DNA of 64,000 bases from an uncultured Alphaproteobacteria bacterium (GCA_963793165.1 CAWBYU010000009.1:191944-255943), one strand, 5' to 3'. Shown: positions 54,086 to 64,000, counted from the stretch's first letter. Notes: generated by a model not told the origin, from the letters alone. Translations and numbers: made by a program.

Positions 54086-54250
54086 ATGAAGAATCTGATT
54101 TCGCGTTTTGTGAAGGATGAGTCCGGCGCCACCGCCATCGAATACGGCCTGATTGCCGCCGGTATCGCGCTCGCGATCATCACCGTGGTCAACGGCCTCG
54201 GCTCCAACCTGAACAACAAGTTCACCTCGATCAACAACTCGCTGAAATAA
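54086..54250 (+). CDS. flp: Flp/PilA type IVc pilin (54 aa; absent from the ORF track)
   Basis: MKNLISRFVKDESG/ATAIEYGLIAAGIALAII...; GGAG RBS; followed by a terminator. Confidence 0.95.
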   Translation: MKNLISRFVKDESGATAIEYGLIAAGIALAIITVVNGLGSNLNNKFTSINNSLK

Positions 54251-54272
54251 GCGACTGTTGCGGGCAACCGGC

Positions 54273-54303
54273 AAAGGCCTCGGCTCATCCCGGGGCCTTT
54301 GTT
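54273..54303 (+). terminator. Intrinsic terminator after flp
   Basis: AAAGGCCTCGG-loop-CCGGGGCCTTTGTT. Confidence 0.75.
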
Positions 54304-54322
54304 GTCTCAGCCGGTCCCATTA

Positions 54323-54445
54323 CCTTTTCCGTTCCGATTGTATCGGAACGGAACTTTATCTTTTGTTTTGACGCGTTTTCTGGCCGCGGACCGGCATCCA
54401 CCCCGCCATCCAGTGCGGGGCATGCTTTCGCTGGAAACCGCTCTC
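54323..54445 (-). repeat. Palindrome-rich interspersed (MITE/REP-like) element
   Basis: Hairpin TTCCGTTCCGAT/ATCGGAACGGAA plus AGAGCGGTTTCCAGCGAAAGCATGCCC...AGAAAACGCGTCAAAACAAAA; family recalled from rhizobial genomes, not searched. Confidence 0.6.
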
Positions 54446-54713
54446 GATGGCGTAAAGCTCTCTGGATGGCGTAAATATGCGTAAACCCGTTGTCGCTTCC
54501 GTCGCGGCCAGAAAAACGTTGGCACCGTCCGGCGTCCGGGATAATGCGCCGGCGGAAGTGGTCTGCATGGCGCTGATACTGGCGCTGGTCGTTCTTGCTT
54601 TGCGGATCGCAAGTGTCTGGTGACGGGTCGACCATTTCCCGATCGTTCATTTCTCGCGGCTAGAATGGGCCGATGTCCCGACCTCGCGTTAGCGGCACCG
54701 GCTGCGTAAACCC

Positions 54714-55238
54714 ATGATCCTCGATATCGCCCGCCTTCTGCTGTTTCCCGCCCTGATGGCGTTCGCGGCGGCGAGCGATCTTTTCACGATGACGATTTCG
54801 AACCGGGTATCGCTGGCGCTGGCGGCGGGCTTTCTAATCCTCGCTCTGCTGAGCGGCATGGGACTTTACGACGTCCTCTCGCATATCGGCGCCGGCGCCG
54901 CCGTCCTCACCGCGGCGTTTGCCTGCTTCGCCATGGGCTGGATCGGTGGCGGCGATGCCAAGGTAGCGGCAGGCGCGGCGCTCTGGTTCGGCTTTGGCCA
55001 TCTGCTGAATTATCTGCTGTATGCTTCGCTGTTCGGCGGCGCCTTGACGCTGTTGCTGCTTCAATTCCGGCAATGGCCGCTGCCCTATGTGCTGGCCGGC
55101 CAGGCATGGCTGCTCAAATTGCATGCCAAGGAAAGCGGGATACCGTACGGCATCGCGCTCGCGATCGGCGCACTGACGATCTATCCGGAAACCGATTGGA
55201 TCAGAGCGGTCGACCTGACCCATTTCGCGCTTCGCTGA
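54714..55238 (+). CDS. cpaA: Prepilin peptidase CpaA/TadV
   Basis: SDLFTMTISN, GGGDAK, IPYGIAL. Confidence 0.92.
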   Translation: MILDIARLLLFPALMAFAAASDLFTMTISNRVSLALAAGFLILALLSGMGLYDVLSHIGAGAAVLTAAFACFAMGWIGGGDAKVAAGAALWFGFGHLLNYLLYASLFGGALTLLLLQFRQWPLPYVLAGQAWLLKLHAKESGIPYGIALAIGALTIYPETDWIRAVDLTHFALR

Positions 55239-55249
55239 TCACAGTCCGA

Positions 55250-55301
55250 GTAAACTCGCCGTTAAGGCGATTTCGATACGCCTCATTAACCATGCTTTGA
55301 C
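55250..55301. promoter_or_regulatory. Two near-consensus CtrA boxes upstream of cpaB
   Basis: TAAA-N7-TTAA at 55251-55265 and TTAA-N7-TTGA at 55286-55300. Confidence 0.6.
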
Positions 55302-55366
55302 GAATAACTGGTCAACTCCCGTCACGGCGGCGGCAGCGTCGCAGCGTAATGTGGAAAGTGAAGCGT

Positions 55367-56149
55367 ATGAATAATGCACGCATTGTCGTCCTGACCATCG
55401 CTGTCGGTGCCGGCGGCATTGCCGCATATCTTGCCAGCGGATCCGACAAGCCTCCGGCCGAACCGGTTGTGCAGCTGCAGACGGTGGATGTGCTGGTGGC
55501 GAAGTCCGACATCGGCCTCGGCCAGACGGTCACCGCCGAGCACATGCAGTGGCAGACCTGGCCGGCCGCGACGGCAAGTAGCAATTTCATTCGCCGCGGC
55601 GAGCGGCCCGAAGCCACCAAGGAGATCACGGGCTCGATCGCGCGTGCGCCGTTCATCACCGGCGAGCCGATCCGTGAGCCGAAGCTGGTCAAGGCCAATG
55701 GATCGGGATTCATGGCGGCGGTGCTGCCCAGCGGCATGCGCGCGATCTCGACCGAAATCTCGCCGGAGACCGGCGCCGGCGGCTTCATCCTGCCCAACGA
55801 CCGGGTCGACGTCATTCTCTCCAGACGCGAGAAGAACCCATCCGGTTCAACCGAAATCATCATCTCGGAGATCATCCTGGCAAATGTTCGCGTACTCGCG
55901 ATCGATCAGGCTCCGAAGGAAAAGGACGGCCAGACCGCCGTGGTCGGCAAGACCGTAACGCTTGAGTTGAAGCCCGAGCAGGCGGAAACGCTGGCCCGCG
56001 CACGCCAGACCGGCACGCTGGCGCTGGCGCTGCGCAGCATCGCCGACGTCAACATGGCCGACGCCAGGTCCGACGATCAGGCCAGGCGCAGCGACAGCAT
56101 CAACGTTGTTCGCTACGGCGTCGCAAGCCCGACGACGATACAGAAGTGA
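55367..56149 (+). CDS. cpaB: Flp pilus assembly protein CpaB
   Basis: SAF domain VLVAKSDI; GMRAIS, GGFILPNDRVDV, NVRVLAIDQ. Confidence 0.93.
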   Translation: MNNARIVVLTIAVGAGGIAAYLASGSDKPPAEPVVQLQTVDVLVAKSDIGLGQTVTAEHMQWQTWPAATASSNFIRRGERPEATKEITGSIARAPFITGEPIREPKLVKANGSGFMAAVLPSGMRAISTEISPETGAGGFILPNDRVDVILSRREKNPSGSTEIIISEIILANVRVLAIDQAPKEKDGQTAVVGKTVTLELKPEQAETLARARQTGTLALALRSIADVNMADARSDDQARRSDSINVVRYGVASPTTIQK

Positions 56150-56157
56150 CGAAGAGG

Positions 56158-57630
56158 ATGGCCGAGATGAAATGCAGGCGAAAACAACTGGTGATGCGGA
56201 CCGCTATTGTCCGCGCCCTGTCATTTTCGGCCGTTGCGGCACTGACGCTTAATCCGGCCGTGACGCCGGTAGTGGCGAGCGACTACCGCGCGGGGCCGGC
56301 TGCCGCCGACGGGCAGATGAACGCACGCTTCCTCGCGCTCGGCATCGGCAAATCCGTCGTGATCGACCTGCCGCGCGACATCAAGGACGTGCTGGTCGCC
56401 GATCCGAAGATCGCAAACGCCGTGATCCGTTCGGCGCAGCGCGCCTACATCATCGGCGCGACGGTCGGCCAGACCAACATCGTATTCTTCGACGCCGCAG
56501 GCCAGCAGATCGCCGCCTATGACATCGCGGTCAAGCGCGATCTCAACGGCGTGCGCGCGGCACTGAAGCAATCAATGCCGAACTCCGACATCCAGATCGA
56601 AGGCGTCGGCGACGGCGTCGTGCTGTCCGGCACGGCGGCGACCCCGATCGAGGCGCAGCAGGCGGGCGATCTCGCGGCGCGGCTGGTGGGCGGTCCCGAC
56701 AAGGTCGTCAACTCGGTCACGGTCCGGGGCCGCGATCAGGTGATGCTGAAGGTTACGGTCGCCGAAGTCCAGCGCAGCATCATCAAGCAGCTGGGCGTCG
56801 ATCTCAGCGCCAAAATGAACTACGGCACCGCGGTCGTGAACTTCAACAACGTCAACCCGTTCTCGGCAAACAGTGGGCCGCTTGTCCCCGGCAACACCCT
56901 CACCACGTCGTTCGGCTCGCCGCCGTCGGTCCAGGCGACGCTGCGCGCGATGGAAAGCGCCGGTGTCGTGCGGACGCTCGCCGAACCCAATTTGACAGCG
57001 ATCTCCGGCGAGTCCGCGACATTCATCTCAGGCGGCGAATTCCCAATTCCCACCGGCGTGACCTGCCAGACGTCGACGTCGGGCGCCATCGGAAATTGCG
57101 TCCAGACGGTCAGTTTCAAGAAATTCGGCATCTCGCTCAACTTTACGCCGGTGGTGCTGACCGAGGGACGGATAAGCCTGCGGGTGATGACCGAAGTGTC
57201 GGAAGTCTCGAGCGAAAACGCCTTGATTGGTGGTGCCGGTGGAACCACGATTCCTTCGATCAAGACCCGCCGCGCGGAGACCACGCTGGAGATTCCATCG
57301 GGCGGCTCGATGGCGATGGCGGGCCTGATCCAGGACCAGACCAAGCAGGCGATCAACGGGTTGCCGGGCATGTCGCAACTGCCGGTTCTCGGCGCGCTGT
57401 TCCGCAGCCGCGACTTCGTCAACAATCAGAGCGAGCTGATGGTGCTGGTGACGCCCTACATCGTCCGGGCCGTCAACCAGAAGGACCTGTCGCGCCCCGA
57501 TGACGGTTTCGCGGCTGCGTCCGATCCGCAAGCCGATCTGCTCGGCAGCATCAATCGCATCTATGGCGTTCCGGGCCGCGTCGAACCGGCGCGGAATTAC
57601 CGCGGCACCTATGGCTTTATCACCGACTAA
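56158..57630 (+). CDS. cpaC: Secretin CpaC/RcpA
   Basis: QVMLKVTVAEV, LAEPNLTAISGE, GGEFP, LPVLGALFRS, VLVTPY. Confidence 0.93.
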   Translation: MAEMKCRRKQLVMRTAIVRALSFSAVAALTLNPAVTPVVASDYRAGPAAADGQMNARFLALGIGKSVVIDLPRDIKDVLVADPKIANAVIRSAQRAYIIGATVGQTNIVFFDAAGQQIAAYDIAVKRDLNGVRAALKQSMPNSDIQIEGVGDGVVLSGTAATPIEAQQAGDLAARLVGGPDKVVNSVTVRGRDQVMLKVTVAEVQRSIIKQLGVDLSAKMNYGTAVVNFNNVNPFSANSGPLVPGNTLTTSFGSPPSVQATLRAMESAGVVRTLAEPNLTAISGESATFISGGEFPIPTGVTCQTSTSGAIGNCVQTVSFKKFGISLNFTPVVLTEGRISLRVMTEVSEVSSENALIGGAGGTTIPSIKTRRAETTLEIPSGGSMAMAGLIQDQTKQAINGLPGMSQLPVLGALFRSRDFVNNQSELMVLVTPYIVRAVNQKDLSRPDDGFAAASDPQADLLGSINRIYGVPGRVEPARNYRGTYGFITD

Positions 57631-57651
57631 GGCGGGACAAGGACAAAAACC

Positions 57652-58392
57652 ATGACAGTCAAGATACCCGTCGACCGCAATCGCGCCTATCGCATGGCGG
57701 GAGCGTTTGTTGGTCTTGCCGTCGCGCTAGGCGGCTGCACCCATACCGAGGCGGTGGTAGCGACGGCGAGCGTCCCCGGCGACTATCGCCTGCGTCATCC
57801 GATCGCGATCCAGGAAGCCGACCGGTCGGTCGTCCTCTTTATCGGCCACGCGCGCGGCGGCCTTTCCGCTGCCCAGCGTGCGGATATCATGGGACTGGCG
57901 CAGATCTGGCTGCAGGAAGGCACCGGCGCCATCCGGGCTGACGTGCCGACCGGCACACCGAACGCGCGGGCGGCCGCGGATTCGCTGCGGGAGATACAGT
58001 CGCTGCTTGCGGCGGCCGGCGTGCCGCCGCGCGGCCTCGCTGTCCGCCGCTACCATCCGGAAGACCCGCGCCAGATGGCGACGATCCGGTTGAACTACCC
58101 GAAAATATCGGCGGTGGCGGGACCCTGCGGCCTGTGGCCCGAGGACATTGGAAGCTCGTTCAAAAACAAGAGCTATCTCGAAAACAAGCAGTATTACAAT
58201 TTCGGCTGCGCCTATCAGCGCAACATGGCGGCGATGGTCGACAATCCGGCGGACCTGGTGCAGCCGCGGGCTGAAACACCCGCATACACGACGCGACGTA
58301 CGACGGCCTTCGAGAAATATCGCAAGGGCACCACGAGCGCGACCACCTATCCCGAAGGCGAGAAGGCCAAACTCAGCGACACAGGCAAATGA
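57652..58392 (+). CDS. cpaD: Pilus assembly lipoprotein CpaD
   Basis: Lipobox LGGC; YRLRHPI; CGLWP; NFGCAYQRNMAAMVDNPADL. Confidence 0.92.
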   Translation: MTVKIPVDRNRAYRMAGAFVGLAVALGGCTHTEAVVATASVPGDYRLRHPIAIQEADRSVVLFIGHARGGLSAAQRADIMGLAQIWLQEGTGAIRADVPTGTPNARAAADSLREIQSLLAAAGVPPRGLAVRRYHPEDPRQMATIRLNYPKISAVAGPCGLWPEDIGSSFKNKSYLENKQYYNFGCAYQRNMAAMVDNPADLVQPRAETPAYTTRRTTAFEKYRKGTTSATTYPEGEKAKLSDTGK

Positions 58393-59657
58393 TCAGCTAC
58401 GCGCAGAAAAATCCCGAAGAGCATCCGGACGTCAAAACGCCGGTGGCCGACGATCACATCGCACCTGCGCCGCGGGTGTCGGTGCAAGCTTTTTGCGAGA
58501 CGGTGGAAACCGCAGCCGCCGTGCAAGCGGCCAGCGAAGACCGCCGCCTCGGCAAGGCTCATCTCAAGATCCAGATGGGCGGCATGGCGGCCGCTATCGA
58601 GGCCTATCGCACCGCGCCGACCCCGAACGTGATCATCCTGGAAACCGAAGGCCGCAGCGATATCCTGACCGGCCTCGATCACCTCGCAACCGTCTGCGAT
58701 TCCGGCACCCGCGTCGTCGTGATCGGCCGCGTCAACGACGTCATGCTTTATCGCGAACTGGTGCGCCGCGGCGTCAGCGACTACGTGCTTGCGCCGGTCA
58801 ACACGCTGGACGTGGTCCGTTCGGTCTGCAATCTGTTCTCGGCGCCCGAGGCCAAGGCGGTCGGCCGGATCATCGCGATCGTCGGCGCCAAGGGCGGTGT
58901 CGGCGCGTCCACCATCGCGCATAATGTCGCCTGGGCGATCGCGCGCGATCTCGCACTGGACTCGGTCGTCGCCGATCTCGACCTCGCATTCGGTACCGCC
59001 GGTCTCGACTACAATCAGGATCCCCCGCAAGGGATCGCGGATGCGGTATTCTCGCCGGACCGCGTCGATACCGCGTTCGTCGACCGCCTGCTGTCGAAAT
59101 GCACCGACCATCTCAGCCTGCTGGCGGCGCCGGCGACGCTCGAGCAAGTCTACGATTTTGGCGCCGAGGCCTTCGACTCGATCTTCGACACGCTTCGCAC
59201 CACGATGCCATGCATCGTGCTCGACGTCCCCCATCAATGGTCGGGATGGACCAAGCGCGCGTTGATCGGCGCCGACGATATTCTGATCGTCGCGGCGCCG
59301 GATCTCGCCAATCTGCGCAACACCAAGAACATTTTCGACCTGCTGAAGGCCTCGCGGCCCAACGACCGGATGCCGCTCTATTGCCTTAACCAGGTCGGCG
59401 TACCGAAGCGGCCCGAAATCAACGCCAGCGAATTCGCCAAGGCCATCGAGAGCCAGCCGATCGCGACTATTCCGTTCGACCCGCAGATATTCGGGTCGGC
59501 GGCGAATAACGGCCAGATGATCGCGGAAATCTCCGCCAGTCATCGCACTACCGAGATATTTCTACAGATCGCGCAACGGCTGACAGGCCGTGGCGAAACC
59601 AAAAAGCCGAAGGGTTCTTTCCTGTCGCCCCTCATCGAGAAGCTGCGGGCAAAGTAG
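58389..59657 (+). CDS. cpaE: Pilus assembly protein CpaE/TadZ
   Basis: Receiver-like N-terminus; GAKGGVGAST; DLDLAFGT. Confidence 0.92.
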   Translation: MISYAQKNPEEHPDVKTPVADDHIAPAPRVSVQAFCETVETAAAVQAASEDRRLGKAHLKIQMGGMAAAIEAYRTAPTPNVIILETEGRSDILTGLDHLATVCDSGTRVVVIGRVNDVMLYRELVRRGVSDYVLAPVNTLDVVRSVCNLFSAPEAKAVGRIIAIVGAKGGVGASTIAHNVAWAIARDLALDSVVADLDLAFGTAGLDYNQDPPQGIADAVFSPDRVDTAFVDRLLSKCTDHLSLLAAPATLEQVYDFGAEAFDSIFDTLRTTMPCIVLDVPHQWSGWTKRALIGADDILIVAAPDLANLRNTKNIFDLLKASRPNDRMPLYCLNQVGVPKRPEINASEFAKAIESQPIATIPFDPQIFGSAANNGQMIAEISASHRTTEIFLQIAQRLTGRGETKKPKGSFLSPLIEKLRAK

Positions 59658-59678
59658 CCGGCCGCGTGGAGTACCGTC

Positions 59679-61148
59679 GTGTTTGGTAAGCGTAGCGGAG
59701 CTGAGAACAACTCGCGGGCGATGAAACCCGCCGCCATTGCGCCGGAGCCGCCCTCCGGCGCACCGGCCGCCGCAGTGCGCGAGGCGTCCGCGCCCGCCAT
59801 TGCTTCACCGCCGCTCGCACCAGCGAGGCCGGCGGCGCCTGCGCCCGCCATGGACGCGCGGAGGTCGGACAATTACTATCAGGTCAAGGCGACGATCTTC
59901 GGCGCCTTGATCGAAGCGATCGACCTTGCCCAGCTCGCCAAACTCGACGGCGAGTCGGCGCGCGAGGAAATTCGCGACATCGTCAACGAGATCATCGCGA
60001 TCAAGAACATCGTGATGTCGATTGCCGAGCAGGAGGAACTGCTCGACGACATCTGTAACGACGTTCTTGGCTACGGCCCGCTTGAACCGCTGCTGTCGCG
60101 CGACGACATCTCCGACATCATGGTCAACGGCGCCGGCACCGTATTCATCGAAGTCGCCGGCAAGATTCAGCGCACCGGCATTCGCTTCCGCGACAACCAG
60201 CAGCTCCTCAATATCTGCCAGCGCATCGTCAGCCAGGTCGGCCGGCGGGTCGACAAATCCTCGCCGATCTGCGACGCGCGGCTTGCCGACGGCTCCCGCG
60301 TCAACGCCATCGTTCCGCCGCTGGCGATCGATGGCCCCGCATTGACGATCCGCAAATTCAAGAAGGACAAGCTGACGCTGGACCAGCTGGTCAAGTTCGG
60401 CGCGATCTCGCCGGAGGGCGCGACCATCCTGCAGATCATCGGCCGCGTCCGCTGCAACGTGCTGATCTCCGGCGGTACCGGCTCCGGCAAGACTACGCTG
60501 TTGAACTGCCTGACGCAGTTCATAGAACACGACGAACGCGTCATTACCTGCGAAGACGCCGCCGAACTCCAATTGCAGCAACCGCATGTGGTGCGCCTGG
60601 AAACCCGTCCGCCCAACATCGAGGGCGAGGGTCAGGTCACGATGCGCGAACTGGTCCGGAACTGTCTCCGTATGCGTCCTGAACGCATCATCGTCGGCGA
60701 AGTCCGCGGACCGGAAGCATTCGACCTGCTGCAGGCGATGAATACCGGCCACGACGGATCGATGGGAACGTTGCACGCCAACAATCCGCGCGAGGCGCTG
60801 TCGCGCTGCGAATCGATGATCACGATGGGTGGATTTTCGCTGCCCTCGCGAACCATTCGCGAGATGATCTGCGCCTCGATCGACGTCATCATCCAGGCGG
60901 CCCGCCTGCGCGACGGTTCCCGGCGCATCACCCACGTCACCGAGGTCATGGGCATGGAAGGCGATACCATCATTACCCAGGACATCTTCCTCTACGACAT
61001 GGTCGGCGAGGACGCGAACGGGAACATCATCGGCCGGCATCGCTCCACCGGGATCGGACGGCCGCGTTTCTGGGATCGCGCACGGTACTACAACGAAGAG
61101 AAGCGGCTTGCCGCGGCGCTGGATGCCGCTGAAGTCGCGGAGGTCTAG
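59679..61148 (+). CDS. cpaF: Pilus assembly ATPase CpaF/TadA
   Basis: GGTGSGKTT, EDAAEL, LRMRPERIIVGEVRG, MNTGHDG. Confidence 0.95.
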   Translation: MFGKRSGAENNSRAMKPAAIAPEPPSGAPAAAVREASAPAIASPPLAPARPAAPAPAMDARRSDNYYQVKATIFGALIEAIDLAQLAKLDGESAREEIRDIVNEIIAIKNIVMSIAEQEELLDDICNDVLGYGPLEPLLSRDDISDIMVNGAGTVFIEVAGKIQRTGIRFRDNQQLLNICQRIVSQVGRRVDKSSPICDARLADGSRVNAIVPPLAIDGPALTIRKFKKDKLTLDQLVKFGAISPEGATILQIIGRVRCNVLISGGTGSGKTTLLNCLTQFIEHDERVITCEDAAELQLQQPHVVRLETRPPNIEGEGQVTMRELVRNCLRMRPERIIVGEVRGPEAFDLLQAMNTGHDGSMGTLHANNPREALSRCESMITMGGFSLPSRTIREMICASIDVIIQAARLRDGSRRITHVTEVMGMEGDTIITQDIFLYDMVGEDANGNIIGRHRSTGIGRPRFWDRARYYNEEKRLAAALDAAEVAEV

Positions 61149-61151
61149 GGC

Positions 61152-62123
61152 ATGCAAGCGATCGCACTGGCCTTTCTCGCCACCACCGCCGTCGGCGGCC
61201 TGGCATGGGTTTTTATCTATCCTTCGCTGTCGGGGGAAAAAAAGGCCGAGTCCCGCCGGGCGTCGTTCGCCAAGGCGGAGCCGGCCGCTGCCCGTCAGGC
61301 CGACAAGACCCAGCGCTCGCGCCGTGAACAGGTCGAAGGCTCGCTGAAGGATCTGGAAGCGCGCCGCCAGAAGGAAAAGCGTATCCCGCTCGGCACCCGT
61401 CTTTCGCAGGCCGGCCTCACCTTGTCTCCTCAGAAATTCATGGTCATTTCCGGCGTTCTCGCCGCCATATCCTTTGCGGTCACGTTTCTGGCCGGGGGCG
61501 GACTGCTGGCGGCCGTCGGCCTGGCATTCGCCGCGGGCTTCGGTTTGCCGCGCTGGGCCCTGAGCTTTCTCAAGACCCGCCGGGAAAAGGCTTTTCTTAA
61601 AGCGCTGCCCGATGCCGTCGACGTGATCGTTCGCGGCATCAAGGCAGGTCTGCCGCTGTTCGAATCCATCAAGGTGGTCGCCGCCGATTCGCCGGAGCCG
61701 CTCAGGGGCGAGTTCCTGGCCATCATCGAAACCCAGGCGATCGGCATGCCGCTTGGCGATGCTTGCGCACGCCTGTACGAACGGATGCCGGTACCCGAGG
61801 CGAATTTCTTCGGCATCGTGATCGCGATCCAGCAAAAGTCCGGCGGCAACCTGTCGGAAGCGCTGGGCAACCTGTCCAAGGTGCTGCGCGACCGCAAGAA
61901 AATGGCGGAGAAGATCCAGGCCATGTCGATGGAAGCCAAGGCGTCCGCGGGTATCATCGGCTCGTTGCCGCCGATCGTCATGCTTCTGGTTTACCTGTCG
62001 ACTCCGGACTACATCTCGCTGCTGTGGACCACTTCCACCGGACAATTCATGCTGGTCGCCTGCGTGGTCTGGATGTCCGTCGGCATCTTCGTGATGAAGA
62101 AAATGATCAACTTCGACTTCTGA
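61152..62123 (+). CDS. tadB: TadB platform protein
   Basis: LPDAVDVIVRGIKAG, GGNLSEAL. Confidence 0.92.
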   Translation: MQAIALAFLATTAVGGLAWVFIYPSLSGEKKAESRRASFAKAEPAAARQADKTQRSRREQVEGSLKDLEARRQKEKRIPLGTRLSQAGLTLSPQKFMVISGVLAAISFAVTFLAGGGLLAAVGLAFAAGFGLPRWALSFLKTRREKAFLKALPDAVDVIVRGIKAGLPLFESIKVVAADSPEPLRGEFLAIIETQAIGMPLGDACARLYERMPVPEANFFGIVIAIQQKSGGNLSEALGNLSKVLRDRKKMAEKIQAMSMEAKASAGIIGSLPPIVMLLVYLSTPDYISLLWTTSTGQFMLVACVVWMSVGIFVMKKMINFDF

Positions 62124-62132
62124 CGGTGCCGC

Positions 62133-63116
62133 ATGCTTGATGTTCTGGTCGATAAACTCCACGACGCGCGTTTCATGACGATGCTGCTGGCCGCCATCGC
62201 CGCCAGCGCCACCGCGTACACGCTGATCATGCCGTTGTTCGCCGGCGAAGGGCTGGCGAAGCGCATGAAGGCGGTCGCCAGCGAACGCGAGCGAATCCGG
62301 CAGCGGGAGCGGGAACGGCTTTCCAAGGGCGAAAAAGTATCGCTGCGGCAAACGCCGAAGCAACTCGTGTCCAAGGTGGTGGAGGACTTCAATCTCGGAA
62401 AGTGGCTGGCGCAAGAGGCCGCGCGGGAAAAGCTGACCATGGCCGGCTATCGCGGCCATGCGCCTTACATCACATTCCTGTTCTTCCGGCTGGTCACGCC
62501 CATCGTGTTTTTCGCCGGCGCCGTGCTGTATGTTTTCGTAATCTCGCACATGCAAAAGTCGATGCCGGTGAAAATCGGCATGTGCGTCGGCGCGGCCTAT
62601 CTCGGCCTGCAGGCGCCGATGCTGTTCCTGAAAAACGCAATCTCCAAGCGCCAGCTCTCGATCAAGCGCGCTTTTCCCGATGCGCTCGATCTGCTGCTGA
62701 TCTGCATCGAGTCCGGCATGTCGATCGAAGTGGCATTCCGCAAGGTCAGCGCGGAAATCGTCAAGCAATCGATTGCGCTGTCCGAAGAATTCACCCTGAC
62801 CACCGCCGAGCTCTCCTATCTGCAGGACCGCAAGGTGGCCTACGAAAATCTGGCAAAACGCACCGGCCTCGAGGGCGTGAAATCGGTCTGCCTGGCCTTG
62901 CAGCAGTCGGAACGTTACGGCACCCCGCTTGGTCAGAGCCTGCGCGTGATGGCGCAGGAAAATCGCGACATGCGCATGAACGAGGCCGAGAAGAAGGCCG
63001 CGGCGCTGCCGCCGAAACTGACCGTGCCGATGATCCTGTTCTTCCTGCCCGTCCTGTTTATCGTCATCCTCGGGCCGACCTATATCAAGGTCGTCGCGTT
63101 TCAAAACGGCGGCTGA
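62133..63116 (+). CDS. tadC: TadC platform protein
   Basis: FPDALDLLLICIESG, YGTP, AEKKAAALPPKL. Confidence 0.92.
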   Translation: MLDVLVDKLHDARFMTMLLAAIAASATAYTLIMPLFAGEGLAKRMKAVASERERIRQRERERLSKGEKVSLRQTPKQLVSKVVEDFNLGKWLAQEAAREKLTMAGYRGHAPYITFLFFRLVTPIVFFAGAVLYVFVISHMQKSMPVKIGMCVGAAYLGLQAPMLFLKNAISKRQLSIKRAFPDALDLLLICIESGMSIEVAFRKVSAEIVKQSIALSEEFTLTTAELSYLQDRKVAYENLAKRTGLEGVKSVCLALQQSERYGTPLGQSLRVMAQENRDMRMNEAEKKAAALPPKLTVPMILFFLPVLFIVILGPTYIKVVAFQNGG

Positions 63117-63225
63117 CGCTGAATAACCTGCGTGGCGGGCGAGATCACGCCCGGCGCCTGGAGCGCGGCAATGCCGCGCGTCTCGATCCACGAGGCCACC
63201 GGTGCGCGACCATGAGTGAGGCTAA

Positions 63226-63336
63226 CTTTGTTTGAGCATGATCTGCGCGCAAACGCTCCGCGTTTGTCGCGAGGGGAAACGCTATCCACCCCCGCCACCC
63301 AAATGCTGGGCAGGCCTTTGCCGGATCATGCTGTAG
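63226..63336. repeat. Interspersed palindromic repeat element
   Basis: TTTGTTTGAGCATGATC ... GATCATGCTGTAG inverted ends between convergent tadC and the TPR gene. Confidence 0.6.
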
Positions 63337-63350
63337 TTTGATCGGAGCGA

Positions 63351-64000
63351 TCAGTCGGGACGATTGAGGGATGCCACCGGCACCCTGCCCCCGCCCCCCG
63401 CGGGGTTGTCCTTGCGGCTCAGCATCTGCTTCAGATAGGCGACGTTCGCAGCCGCCTCGTCTGCCGGCAGGTCGGCCTTGACGATGGTTTCAGCCTCGGC
63501 AAAGCGGCCCTGCAGGCCGACCACCAGGCCGAGATTCTGCCGCACCCGGGCATCGGCCCGGGCGTTGCCGTAGGCGCGGCGCAGCGTCTCTTCGGCTTTC
63601 GGCAGATCCTTCGACAGAACATAGGAGAGACCGAGGTTGGAGAGCACCGACGGCTCCTCGGGCACGATCTTCAGGGCGCTTTCGTAATAGCGCCGCGCGT
63701 CGTCATGCCGGCCGAGTTGATCGAGCGCGGTCCCCTGCACCGAAAGGATGCGCCAGTCGGGATTGTCCGGCGTATGGGCGCGGCTCAGAACATCGAACGC
63801 CTGCTGGAAATTGCCGTTGTCGGCGAGCGCCCTGCCATAACCGGCGAGCAACGCCTTGTTGTTGGGATGGGCAAGGGTCGCCTGCTCGAGCACGGCGACC
63901 GCCTGGGTGCGTTGCGCGGTGGCGCGGAGCGCCTGGCCATAGCTCAGGGCGGCGTCCGCGTCTTTCGGATTGGCGCGATAGCGCTCGCCAAGGGCGTCGA
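63351..64000 (-). CDS. tadD: TPR protein TadD-like (5' end beyond the window)
   Basis: TPR repeats; NLGLSYVL, RVRQNLGLVVGLQGRFAEAE; frame stays open to the window end. Confidence 0.82.
   Translation of the reverse strand, partial: DALGERYRANPKDADAALSYGQALRATAQRTQAVAVLEQATLAHPNNKALLAGYGRALADNGNFQQAFDVLSRAHTPDNPDWRILSVQGTALDQLGRHDDARRYYESALKIVPEEPSVLSNLGLSYVLSKDLPKAEETLRRAYGNARADARVRQNLGLVVGLQGRFAEAETIVKADLPADEAAANVAYLKQMLSRKDNPAGGGGRVPVASLNRPD

Noticed and set aside
59805-63191. 1128-aa minus-strand ORF and similar long antisense ORFs (679-2577, 16491-18149, 33608-35386, 39012-40526, 46457-47959)
   Set aside because: Shadow frames opposite well-supported genes; expected from high-GC codon bias; no recognisable motifs.

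Overview
High-GC alphaproteobacterial chromosome segment, Bradyrhizobium-like by gene content (inference). Left to right: cysD-cysNC; glcB (frameshifted); a large DUF2235/Tle1-like membrane protein; a block of general-stress-response genes (csbD, a small membrane protein, an L,D-transpeptidase, an AI-2E transporter, DUF883), each with an exact sigma-EcfG promoter, ending in an unannotated GsrN-like C-rich sRNA; a ~16 kb accessory catabolic/transport block; phyR-nepR-ecfG with a convergent HWE-type sensor whose ATP-binding motifs are degenerate; the urtABCDE-ureDABC-(2x ABM)-ureEFG operon under a sigma54 promoter; rhlE-infA-cspA; and a Tad/Cpa pilus locus with an unlisted Flp pilin and an embedded sterol desaturase-family gene. 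Three patterns stand out. (1) Nearly every frameshift, nonsense codon and odd substitution in conserved motifs is repaired by restoring a GANTC (CcrM) site, so these are probably methylation-linked sequencing errors, not real pseudogenes. (2) All four larger repeat insertions inside the urt-ure operon carry short ORFs that bridge the upstream stop to the downstream start. (3) The EcfG-dependent sRNA and the putative pseudokinase/phosphatase flank the core stress locus. No tRNA, rRNA, CRISPR, integrase or transposase was seen. Family assignments come from motif recognition only; no searches were run.
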